A DNA stretch of 51,104 bases from contig CAILDU010000188.1 in assembly GCA_903833055.1 (NCBI GenBank), positions 1 through 51,104 on the forward strand, written 5' to 3'. Positions 26,441-35,114 of this stretch are shown here, piece after piece. This DNA comes from an uncultured Verrucomicrobia subdivision 3 bacterium (GTDB taxonomy: Bacteria; Verrucomicrobiota; Verrucomicrobiia; Limisphaerales; UBA11358). Each line of letters starts with the position of its first letter. Positions within the stretch are counted from its first letter, which is position 1. Below the pieces are notes generated by a model. The model did no database searches. It saw only the letters and a program-made list of their open reading frames with translations, and was not told the origin of the DNA. The position numbers and the translations under genes were made by a program.

Positions 26441-27357
26441 TTCGCTTGCAACAATTTATTTTTGTTCTCGCGCTGATAATTTCCATTTCTGCCGCCGCGC
26501 AAAATCCGCCGTTGCCGCCAGACGCGGAAAAAATTTCACCCGTGCCGGCAAATCTGATTCCATCGGTGCTGCAATTGCAGTCGCCCGTAGATTTTTTCCG
26601 GCAGTTGCTCGCGATGACGCCGTCGGAACGGCTCACCGCGCTCACGAATCGTCCGCCGGAAGCGCGCGCAAAAATTCTTGCGAAAGTGCGCGAGTATCAG
26701 GCGCTAAATCCAGACGAACGTGAGTTGCGCCTGCGTGCGACGGAACTGCGCTGGTATCTTGTGCCGCTGCTACGACTGTCGCCGACGAACCGCGTGACGC
26801 GGCTGGCAATGGTTCCGCCAGACATGCAGGAACTGGTTAACTCGCGTTTGCTGCATTGGGATATTTTGCCGCCACCGCTCAAACAGGAATTTTTGACGAA
26901 CGATTCCACACTCCATTATTTCGCCCGCGTCGAACCAACCGACGCAACGTCCGCCAATCCCGATCAGCAAAAAATCGCCGACCGGTTCAACCAGTTTTTT
27001 GAACTCACAGCGGCGGAAAAAAGATCAACACTCAACACGCTTTCCACCGCCGAACGCGCACAGATGGAAAAAACCTTGCAGTCGTTTGAAAAACTTCCGC
27101 CCCGGCAACGGCTCACTTGCGTGCACAATTACGCCAAGTTCGCCGGCATGAGCACGACGGAGCGCGCGGAGTTTTTGAAGAACGCGGATGACTGGTCAAA
27201 AATGTCGCCCGCCGAACGCCAAACATGGCGCGACCTCGTGAAAACCGTTCCGCTCTGGCCGCCCATGCCGCCGCCAATGGCGATCATGCCGCCCAACTTG
27301 ATTCCCCACGCCACGTCCAAACTTCCGCGCGCGACCGTGGCGACGAATTTGAACTGA
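26437..27357 (+). CDS. Secreted helical protein, DUF3106-like
   Basis: Signal peptide; repeated [WF]xx[LM][TSP]PxER units (YQALNPDER, FEKLPPRQR, WSKMSPAERQ); ATG 26437. Confidence 0.78.
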   Translation: MIRLQQFIFVLALIISISAAAQNPPLPPDAEKISPVPANLIPSVLQLQSPVDFFRQLLAMTPSERLTALTNRPPEARAKILAKVREYQALNPDERELRLRATELRWYLVPLLRLSPTNRVTRLAMVPPDMQELVNSRLLHWDILPPPLKQEFLTNDSTLHYFARVEPTDATSANPDQQKIADRFNQFFELTAAEKRSTLNTLSTAERAQMEKTLQSFEKLPPRQRLTCVHNYAKFAGMSTTERAEFLKNADDWSKMSPAERQTWRDLVKTVPLWPPMPPPMAIMPPNLIPHATSKLPRATVATNLN

Positions 27358-27405
27358 CCGCAGTTTCAAATTTCAATTTCCACCGTAACGCTTTAACTTC
27401 CCGCC

Positions 27406-28173
27406 GTGCATCCGATTGCTTTTTATTTCGGTTCGTTGCCTGTCCGCTGGTATGGCGTGATGATGGCGTGCGCGTTTCTCGCTGGTCTGTGGACCGCCAC
27501 ACGCCGCGCGCGACTCGTAAACGTCTCCGGTGATATCATCGCCGACGTGACGTTGTGGCTCATGGTTGGCAGCATCATCGGCGCGCGCTTCGTTTATGTG
27601 ACGACATATTGGAAGCAGGAATTTGCCGACCAGCCGTTCTCCGAAGTTTTCATGATCCAACACGGCGGACTCGTCTATTACGGCGGGCTTATCGGTGCAG
27701 CAATTACGGGTCTCGGCTATCTGTATTGGAAAAAACTTCCAGTCTGGAAAATTGCCGACATCCTCGCGCCGAGCATCGCATTAGGCAGTGTTTTCGGGCG
27801 AATTGGCTGCCTGCTCAACGGCTGTTGCTACGGCCACGCGTGCGATTTGCCGTGGGCAATCCATTTTCCCGCCGACCACGAAACGCACGGCATCGCGGTG
27901 CATCCGACGGAAATTTACGACGCGCTATTGAATTTAATTCTCTACGTTTTTCTTGCTTGGCTGTTCCGCCGCAAAAAATTTGACGGACAAATTATTGCGA
28001 CCTACCTGATGGTTTACGCCGTCTTTCGCTCCATCGCAGAAACTTTTCGCGGCGATTACCCGACCGACCACGTTCACGCCGGACTGACTTCCGCACAGCT
28101 CGTGAGCGTGCCGATTTTTGTGATGGGAATTATTCTGGCGATAATTCTTTCACGTCGTCCCGCCGCCAAATGA
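27406..28173 (+). CDS. lgt: Prolipoprotein diacylglyceryl transferase
   Basis: VRWYG, GARFVYV, GGLVYYGG, FGRIGCLLNG, HPTEIY. Confidence 0.95.
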   Translation: MHPIAFYFGSLPVRWYGVMMACAFLAGLWTATRRARLVNVSGDIIADVTLWLMVGSIIGARFVYVTTYWKQEFADQPFSEVFMIQHGGLVYYGGLIGAAITGLGYLYWKKLPVWKIADILAPSIALGSVFGRIGCLLNGCCYGHACDLPWAIHFPADHETHGIAVHPTEIYDALLNLILYVFLAWLFRRKKFDGQIIATYLMVYAVFRSIAETFRGDYPTDHVHAGLTSAQLVSVPIFVMGIILAIILSRRPAAK

Positions 28174-29081
28174 AGTCACCCATTTTCATTGCTGGGCCGA
28201 CGGCGGTCGGCAAATCGGAAATCGCCTTGCGGCTCGCGGAAAAAATCGGCGGTGAAATTATTTCCGTGGATTCGATGCAAGTTTATCGCGGGCTGGACAT
28301 CGGCACGGCCAAACCGTCGCCCGCTGAACGCGCCAAAGTCCCGCATCACCTGATTGACGTTTGCGATTTGACCAAGGCCTTCGACGCCGCGCAATTTATT
28401 CGCCACGCGCAAACGGCTGTCGCCGAAATTCAATCGCGCAATAAAACGCCAATTTTTTGCGGCGGCACGGGACTTTACTTTAAGGCGTTTCTCGAAGGAC
28501 TCGGTGAAGCACCCGCCACCGACGCGAACGTGCGCGCTGAATTGGAAGCCGCGCCGCTGGAAAAATTATTGGAGGAATTGCAGGAACGCGATCCGGCGAC
28601 GTTTGAAAAAATTGACCGGCAAAATCCGCGCCGTGTTGTCCGCGCGGTGGAAGTGATTCGTTTGACCGGCAAAAAGTTTTCCGAGCAACGGTCAAATTGG
28701 AATCCAGAATCCAGAATCCAGAATCCAGAATCGCGATTCATTTGCTTCATCCGTGCGAGTTCCGATTTGCAAAAACGCATTGACCGGCGCGTGGACGAAA
28801 TGTTCCGGCGCGGACTGGTCGCGGAGACGGAACAGCTTTTGAAACACGGTTTGGCGGAAAATAAATTTGCCATGCAAGCCATCGGCTATCGTCAAGTTGT
28901 CGAGCATTTACAAGGCGAACGTGATTTGGCGGCAACGATTGAGCTGGTGAAAATCCGCACGCGCCAGTTCGCCAAACGGCAACTGACGTGGTTTCGCCGT
29001 CATGGAAATTGCGAGTGGATGGAACTGAAGTCGGATAATTCGGTAGACGAAATTCTCGCAAAGCTGGCGACTCATGGTTAA
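28170..29081 (+). CDS. miaA: tRNA dimethylallyltransferase
   Basis: GPTAVGKS, DSMQVYRGLDIGTAKP, GGTGLY, TRQFAKRQLTWFR. Confidence 0.97.
   Translation: MKSPIFIAGPTAVGKSEIALRLAEKIGGEIISVDSMQVYRGLDIGTAKPSPAERAKVPHHLIDVCDLTKAFDAAQFIRHAQTAVAEIQSRNKTPIFCGGTGLYFKAFLEGLGEAPATDANVRAELEAAPLEKLLEELQERDPATFEKIDRQNPRRVVRAVEVIRLTGKKFSEQRSNWNPESRIQNPESRFICFIRASSDLQKRIDRRVDEMFRRGLVAETEQLLKHGLAENKFAMQAIGYRQVVEHLQGERDLAATIELVKIRTRQFAKRQLTWFRRHGNCEWMELKSDNSVDEILAKLATHG
28700..28732 (+). repeat. Perfect tandem heptamer (GAATCCA)x4 plus partial, inside miaA
   Basis: GAATCCA repeated, encoding NPESRIQNPES. Confidence 0.9.
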
Positions 29082-29090
29082 TTTATTTTT

Positions 29091-30407
29091 GTGAACCGAA
29101 CGCAGTCCGAAAAACTTTTTGCCGAGGCGTTGAAATATATTCCCGGCGGTGTCAATTCGCCGGTGCGCGCCTTCCGCGCCGTCGGCGGCAATCCATTTTT
29201 CGTCAATCGCGCCAGCGGCTCCAAAGTTTGGGATGTGGACGGCAATGAATTGATTGATTATGTCTGCACTTGGGGACCGGCGATTTTGGGACACGCGCAT
29301 CCGAAAATTATTTCCGCCGTTAAAACTGCCGCCGAATTCGGCACGAGTTTTGGTATTCCAAATCCTTTGGAAGTGACGATGGCGAAACGCATCTGCGAAC
29401 TCGTGCCGAGTGTGAAAAAAATTCGCATGACGAGCAGCGGCACGGAGGCGTGCATGAGCGCGATTCGGCTGGCGCGCGGTTTTACGCAACGCGACAAAAT
29501 CATCAAGTTCGACGGCTGTTATCACGGCCATGTGGATTCATTGCTGGTGCGCGCGGGGAGCGGTGCGCTGACGTTCGGACATCCAGACAGCGCGGGCATT
29601 CCGGCGGCGTTCACGTCACACACCATCGTCGCGCCTTACAACGATGTCGAGGCGGTGAAAGCCATCTTCGCGGCGAACAAAAATGAAATTGCCGGCATCA
29701 TCGTGGAGCCGGTGCCGGGCAACGCGGGACTTTATTTACCGCAGCCGGGTTACTTGGAATTCTTGCGCGAAATCACGGCGGCGAATGGCGCGCTTTTAAT
29801 TTTTGATGAAGTGATGACGGGTTTTCGTTTGGCGAAAGGCGGCGCGCAAGAGCGTTTTGGAATTACACCGGATTTGTCCACGTTCGGCAAAGTCATCGGC
29901 GGTGGATTGCCGGTGGGTGCGTTTGGCGGGCGCGCGGAAATTATGGATTATCTCGCGCCGCTCGGGCCGGTGTATCAGGCGGGAACGTTGAGCGGCAATC
30001 CGATTGCGATGGCGGCGGGCTTGGCGAATTTGGAAGAACTCAATGGAAAAGCGGAAAGCGGAAAGCGGAAAGCGGAAAATGAAAATGCCTATGCGGTGCT
30101 CGAAAAACTCGGCGCGCACCTTGAAGCGGGTATGACGGACGCCGCGAAATCTGCAAACGTGCCGGTGCGGTTCAACCGCTGCGGATCGATGTTCTGCGGC
30201 TACTTTACGGATGCCCCGGTTCACAATGTGGCGGACGCGATGAAGAGCGACCGCGAGAAATTCAAAAAGTTTTTCCACGGAATGTTGGACGCGGGAATTT
30301 ACTTCGCGCCGTCACAGTTTGAAGCGGGATTTATTTCCACGGCGCACACGGCGGCGGACATTGAAACGACGGTGCGCGCGGCGGCCAAAGTGTTGCGGAC
30401 GTTGTAA
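29091..30407 (+). CDS. hemL: Glutamate-1-semialdehyde 2,1-aminomutase
   Basis: [57 protein letters not shown]. Confidence 0.97.
   Translation: MNRTQSEKLFAEALKYIPGGVNSPVRAFRAVGGNPFFVNRASGSKVWDVDGNELIDYVCTWGPAILGHAHPKIISAVKTAAEFGTSFGIPNPLEVTMAKRICELVPSVKKIRMTSSGTEACMSAIRLARGFTQRDKIIKFDGCYHGHVDSLLVRAGSGALTFGHPDSAGIPAAFTSHTIVAPYNDVEAVKAIFAANKNEIAGIIVEPVPGNAGLYLPQPGYLEFLREITAANGALLIFDEVMTGFRLAKGGAQERFGITPDLSTFGKVIGGGLPVGAFGGRAEIMDYLAPLGPVYQAGTLSGNPIAMAAGLANLEELNGKAESGKRKAENENAYAVLEKLGAHLEAGMTDAAKSANVPVRFNRCGSMFCGYFTDAPVHNVADAMKSDREKFKKFFHGMLDAGIYFAPSQFEAGFISTAHTAADIETTVRAAAKVLRTL
30048..30075 (+). repeat. Perfect tandem heptamer (AAAGCGG)x4 inside hemL
   Basis: Encodes [10 protein letters not shown]. 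Confidence 0.9.
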
Positions 30408-30490
30408 CCTTCAAGCGGGCGTTGCGTCTGTCTGTTTAATCCGCCACAACCAACAACCGGCGGTTCGCACCCGAACATTAAAACAACATT

Positions 30491-30916
30491 ATGAAATTCA
30501 ATAAAACATTGATGATTGCCACGCTCGCCGTGGGCAGTCTGTTCGCCAGCGGCATTCCGTCGCAGGCGCAGGAAAACACGAACGCTCCGGCTGCCGGCGC
30601 ACCGCCCGGCGGCATGCGCGTGCGTCCGAACTTTGACACGCTGGCGAAAAATCTTGAATTGACCGACGCGCAGAAGCCGCAGGTCAAAGTGATTTTTGAT
30701 GAGCAGCAGCAAAAAATGAAAGAGTTGCGCGCAGACACCAGCGTGGCGCAGACCGACAAGCGCGCCAAGGCCAAGGAAATTCGCGATGCCGCGACGGCGA
30801 AACTGAAACCCATCCTGACGGCGGAACAATTCGCCAAGTGGGAAAAAATGGGAACCGGTATGCGCCAACGTCCGACGGCGGCTCCGGCCGCTGGCGACAC
30901 GGCTCCGAAAAACTAA
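30491..30916 (+). CDS. Periplasmic LTXXQ-motif protein (Spy/CpxP-like)
   Basis: Signal peptide, LELTDAQK and ILTAEQ motifs. Confidence 0.8.
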   Translation: MKFNKTLMIATLAVGSLFASGIPSQAQENTNAPAAGAPPGGMRVRPNFDTLAKNLELTDAQKPQVKVIFDEQQQKMKELRADTSVAQTDKRAKAKEIRDAATAKLKPILTAEQFAKWEKMGTGMRQRPTAAPAAGDTAPKN

Positions 30917-30928
30917 AATTAAAAAAAC

Positions 30929-30962
30929 AAAGCGGGACGGCCAAAAGCTGTCCCGCTTTTTT
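30929..30962. terminator. Bidirectional intrinsic terminator
   Basis: AAAGCGGGACGGC-CAAAA-GCTGTCCCGCTTT flanked by A and T tracts, between convergent genes. Confidence 0.85.
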
Positions 30963-30986
30963 ATTTTTACAAATGCGATTGAGGAA

Positions 30987-32810
30987 TCAAGGCTTGGCCG
31001 GAACCGGGGTCGGAGCAGCCGGTTTCACCTTCACTTCGAGATAAAGATCGCGCAGTTGCTTCGGTTCGACGGTGCTGGGCGAATCCGTCATCAAGTCCGT
31101 GCCTTTCGCCGTTTTGGGGAAGGCGATTACGTCGCGGATGCTGGTCACGCCGCAGAGAATTGCGATGAGCCGGTCAAAGCCAAGCGCGATGCCGCCGTGC
31201 GGTGGCGCGCCGTAACGAAACGCTTCGAGCATGTAACCGAAACGCGCCTTCACCATGTCCGGCGGAATCGCGAGCAGTTCTTCAAAAATAGTTTTCTGCA
31301 CGTCGGGCTGGTGGATGCGGATGGAGCCGCCGCCGAGTTCGACGCCGTTGACGACGATGTCGTAATGCTGGCCGCGAACTTTCTTGGGGTCGGTCTTGAG
31401 CAGCGCGATGTCTTCCGCGACGGGCGCGGTGAACGGATGATGACTGGAATACCAGCGGTTCTGTTCGCGGTCGAAACCGAGCAGCGGAAATTCGATGACC
31501 CAGAGAAAATTAAATTGCTTCGGATCAATCACCAGCTTGCCTTGCGTCTTCAAAACGTCGGCGCAATACAAACGGATTTTGCCGAGGATTTCGCAGGCGT
31601 TCAGCCATTGGTCGGCGGCAAACAAAATCAAATCGCCTTCCTGAATCGCGAGCTTCGTGGTGAGCGCGGCTTTTTCGGCTTCGCTGAAAAACTTCACGAT
31701 GGGCGATTTCCATTCGCCGCCTTCAACCTTGATGAACGCCAGTCCTTTCGCGCCAAAACTTTTCGCGTATTCGGTCATCGTCTCGATCTGGCCTTGCGTT
31801 GCGCCGGCCATGCCTTTGGCGTTCAGCGCTTTTACCACGCCACCATTGGCGATTGTGCCGCTGAACACTTTGAACGTGCTCGCACGAAAATCTTCCGTCA
31901 TGTCCACGAGTTCCATGCCGAAGCGCGTGTCGGGCTTATCAATGCCGTAGCGATTGAGCGCTTCTTCAAATGAAATGCGTTTGAACGGCGTGGGCACATC
32001 AATGTTCAGCGCGGTTTTCCAAACGCGTTTGAGCAAGCCTTCGATGAGCGAATAAATATCTTCGCGGTCAATAAAACTCATCTCGATGTCCACTTGCGTG
32101 AACTCCGGCTGGCGGTCGGCGCGCAAATCTTCATCACGATAACAGCGCGCAAGCTGAAAATATTTTTCCACGCCGGCGACCATGAGAATTTGTTTGAACT
32201 GCTGCGGCGATTGCGGCAGCGCGTAAAAAGTTCCCGGCTCGCGGCGGTTCGGCACGAGAAATTCGCGAGCACCTTCAGGCGTGGACTTGAAGAGCGTGGG
32301 CGTTTCGACTTCGAGAAAACCTTGCTCGTCCATGAAACTGCGTGCGGCGATGGCGACTTTGGAACGCAATTTCAAATTGCGCGCCATTTCGGGACGGCGC
32401 AAATCAAGGTAGCGGTATTGCAGACGCAATTCTTCGTTCACCTTGTTGGCGATTTCGGGATCGTCCACGGGAAACGGCAGCACTTCCGCCATGTTCAGCA
32501 CTTCGAGACCGGTGACGCCGACTTCGATTTCGCCGGTGGGAATCTTCGCGTTGTTAGTGCCTTCGGGACGATGTCGCACTTTACCGGTGAGGCTCACGAC
32601 GCATTCGCTGCGGAGCGCGGCGGCTTGCGCAAAAAGTTCCGGCGTGAGATCGCTGGGATCGAACACCGTTTGCGTGCGGCCTTCGCGGTCGCGGATGTCG
32701 ATGAAGATGAGGCCGCCGAGATCACGGCGGGAATGGACCCAGCCAGACAGCGTGACGGTTTGCCCGATGTGAGCTGGGCGCAGTTCGTTGCAATGATGCG
32801 TGCGTTTCAT
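30987..32810 (-). CDS. aspS: Aspartate--tRNA ligase
   Basis: RDLGGLIFID, RYLDLRR, TPEGAREF, LPQSPQQFKQ, RDEDLRADRQPEFTQ, PPHGGIALGFDR. Confidence 0.98.
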   Translation of the reverse strand: MKRTHHCNELRPAHIGQTVTLSGWVHSRRDLGGLIFIDIRDREGRTQTVFDPSDLTPELFAQAAALRSECVVSLTGKVRHRPEGTNNAKIPTGEIEVGVTGLEVLNMAEVLPFPVDDPEIANKVNEELRLQYRYLDLRRPEMARNLKLRSKVAIAARSFMDEQGFLEVETPTLFKSTPEGAREFLVPNRREPGTFYALPQSPQQFKQILMVAGVEKYFQLARCYRDEDLRADRQPEFTQVDIEMSFIDREDIYSLIEGLLKRVWKTALNIDVPTPFKRISFEEALNRYGIDKPDTRFGMELVDMTEDFRASTFKVFSGTIANGGVVKALNAKGMAGATQGQIETMTEYAKSFGAKGLAFIKVEGGEWKSPIVKFFSEAEKAALTTKLAIQEGDLILFAADQWLNACEILGKIRLYCADVLKTQGKLVIDPKQFNFLWVIEFPLLGFDREQNRWYSSHHPFTAPVAEDIALLKTDPKKVRGQHYDIVVNGVELGGGSIRIHQPDVQKTIFEELLAIPPDMVKARFGYMLEAFRYGAPPHGGIALGFDRLIAILCGVTSIRDVIAFPKTAKGTDLMTDSPSTVEPKQLRDLYLEVKVKPAAPTPVPAKP

Positions 32811-32971
32811 GAAATTATTCGCTTGAGCGAATGTTGATTGTGGCCGCGAAACCGGCGGATTTCAAAGAGATTTTTCGAGTAATCGGCTTGATAAAAGTTT
32901 CGGCCACAGGCTCGACAGCACCCCAAAAATTGTCGCATCCTTTTCAGGTGTCCGGTGTTGAATTGAATGCT

Positions 32972-35098
32972 ATGAATTTCCTGCGCTATGGCGGTCTTAA
33001 AAATATTGCCGCTATTTTTTCCATTTTGTTGATTACCGCTGGCGTGGGTTACGCTGCCGCAGGCACGACCGCGCCACTGACGTTACAAGTCGTCGGGAGC
33101 GGAACGGTCAGCCCGAGTTACACAAACGGCCAACTGCTCAATGTCGGGCAGGCTTACAGTCTGACGGCCAAAGCAAAATCGAGTTTCACTTTCACGGGCT
33201 GGACGGGTGACACAAATAGCAGCAAAGCAAAACTGACGTTTGTCATGCCTTTTGTCGGCGAGTCGCTCACGGCGAATTTTGTAGATAAACAGAAGCCGAC
33301 TTTGACCATCAAGACGCCGGCAAACAGCACGGCGTTGACCAATCCCGCCATCGTCATCGCAGGCACGGCGCGGGATAACGATGCGGTCGACAATGTATTT
33401 TATAATTTTAATGGCACCGGTTGGTTGGCCGCTTCGACGGGAAATGGCTGGAGCAATTGGTGGGTGAATCTGACATTGTATTCCAACACCAATACATTAC
33501 AGGCCTGTGCAGTAGATCGCAGTGGAAATTTTTCCAAGACCAACTTGCTGAAGCTGACGTATTCCGCCGCGCCAACTTCATTGAACGGCATGCTCGTCAC
33601 TGTGACCAATGGCGACACGCTTTACAGCATCAGTTTCGGCAGCAGCACTTTTAGCGACGGAACAGGCGTGGGTTCCTACACCTACAAAAAGAACGGACCA
33701 GTCTCCGGTAAACTCCAACTCAAATTCACCGCCCCACCCTCGGCGGTGGGCAACGACACCGCAACCTTGTTATTCAGTGATGCCACCAACGGTAATTTTA
33801 CAGCGGCGGATGGAACCAGCGGCAATTTTGGCCTATCAACCGCCGATACGCTGGCTCCGTCTGCAGTTTCAGGAGCTGACATTTTATTGACCGATGGCAA
33901 CGACACTAACAATCAAACTCTCTTACAATTCCTGACCGCACCCCACATTGTGGATAACGGCCATATGTTTGATGTCGCTAATCCCCTCGTCATTTCATTG
34001 GATGATAATTACCCAGGCAACATAAGCGACCGCGTTAGCGTCATTTTCACTCACCTGAAATTTATTAACGGAAGCTTCGGTCCAGTTGCGCCGCAAACTT
34101 TCATTGGCACGGTCATTGCCACTGGATTTATTGCGGCTACGAATACGGTAACTATTCTGTTCGACAGTTCGGCCTTTCTCTCCAAGAAAGATTTGTATGC
34201 GCCAGCTGCAGACAGTCAATCGAACACCTTGAGTATTTTAACCTACTATTATACTAACACCGTGGGTATGAATGGAAATGGAACATTCAACTACACCAAT
34301 TACAGTCCGGTTGGATCATTGCTTAATTTAAATGAAGATGGCACAAATTCGTATTACGTTTTGACCTACACTAACTCACCTTCCACAAACACTGCGGATG
34401 TCGGAACTTTTTATTCAGAAACTTACGGTGCTAACGGCGGCTTCCAAGGCACAAATTCCGGCTCTTTCGCCATTGAGCAGCCACCGACAATCACCGTCGG
34501 CCCCCAAAACATCGTCGTGACCAATGGCGGAACAGCAAGTTTTTACGTCTCCGCTACGGGAAATCAGCCGTTAACCTATCAATGGCTTTTTAATGGAACC
34601 AATGTATATGACGGCACAGCCAATAGCTGGAGTTCAGCTTCTTTGTCTGGTTCATCCACGACTAACTTGACGATTACCGGTGCAAGCACAAGCGACATTG
34701 GAGCGTATGAAGTCGTCATCGCCAACTTTCTTGGCAGCGTAACCAGCAATCCAGCAATGCTGACGGTTGGTATTCCGCCAGTAATAACCACTCACCCTCT
34801 AGATACATCAGCGAAGACCAATGAAACGGCAAATTTCAAATTAACTTCCACCGGAACTCCACCATTACATTTTCAATGGTTTAATACATCCGGCTCGAAT
34901 AAAATCCTGACTGATGGTTCAACCTCATGGGGTTCTATTATTTCTGGTTCGTCTACTACCAATTTAACCATCAACTTCGCTACAAATAATGACGGCGGTT
35001 ATTATCAATGTATTGTTACCAATCTTTATGGGAGCGCGACTAGCAGTGCTGTAAAGTTGACTATCACCAATGCAGTAGGCTCAATTGTAGCTCCATAG
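32972..35098 (+). CDS. Secreted Thr/Asn-rich protein with an InlB B-repeat-like domain, an Ig-like domain and two C-terminal Ig domains
   Basis: Signal peptide; GSGTV...LTA...FTGWTG...LTANF; GTARDN; PP[TV]IT..P...QW...G.Y...[IV].N..GS.TS units; ATG 32972. Confidence 0.85.
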   Translation: MNFLRYGGLKNIAAIFSILLITAGVGYAAAGTTAPLTLQVVGSGTVSPSYTNGQLLNVGQAYSLTAKAKSSFTFTGWTGDTNSSKAKLTFVMPFVGESLTANFVDKQKPTLTIKTPANSTALTNPAIVIAGTARDNDAVDNVFYNFNGTGWLAASTGNGWSNWWVNLTLYSNTNTLQACAVDRSGNFSKTNLLKLTYSAAPTSLNGMLVTVTNGDTLYSISFGSSTFSDGTGVGSYTYKKNGPVSGKLQLKFTAPPSAVGNDTATLLFSDATNGNFTAADGTSGNFGLSTADTLAPSAVSGADILLTDGNDTNNQTLLQFLTAPHIVDNGHMFDVANPLVISLDDNYPGNISDRVSVIFTHLKFINGSFGPVAPQTFIGTVIATGFIAATNTVTILFDSSAFLSKKDLYAPAADSQSNTLSILTYYYTNTVGMNGNGTFNYTNYSPVGSLLNLNEDGTNSYYVLTYTNSPSTNTADVGTFYSETYGANGGFQGTNSGSFAIEQPPTITVGPQNIVVTNGGTASFYVSATGNQPLTYQWLFNGTNVYDGTANSWSSASLSGSSTTNLTITGASTSDIGAYEVVIANFLGSVTSNPAMLTVGIPPVITTHPLDTSAKTNETANFKLTSTGTPPLHFQWFNTSGSNKILTDGSTSWGSIISGSSTTNLTINFATNNDGGYYQCIVTNLYGSATSSAVKLTITNAVGSIVAP

Positions 35099-35114
35099 TA
35101 GAACTGCCACAGGC

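Noticed and set aside
28700-30075. Tandem repeats as a possible CRISPR array
   Set aside because: 7-bp units without spacers and no cas genes
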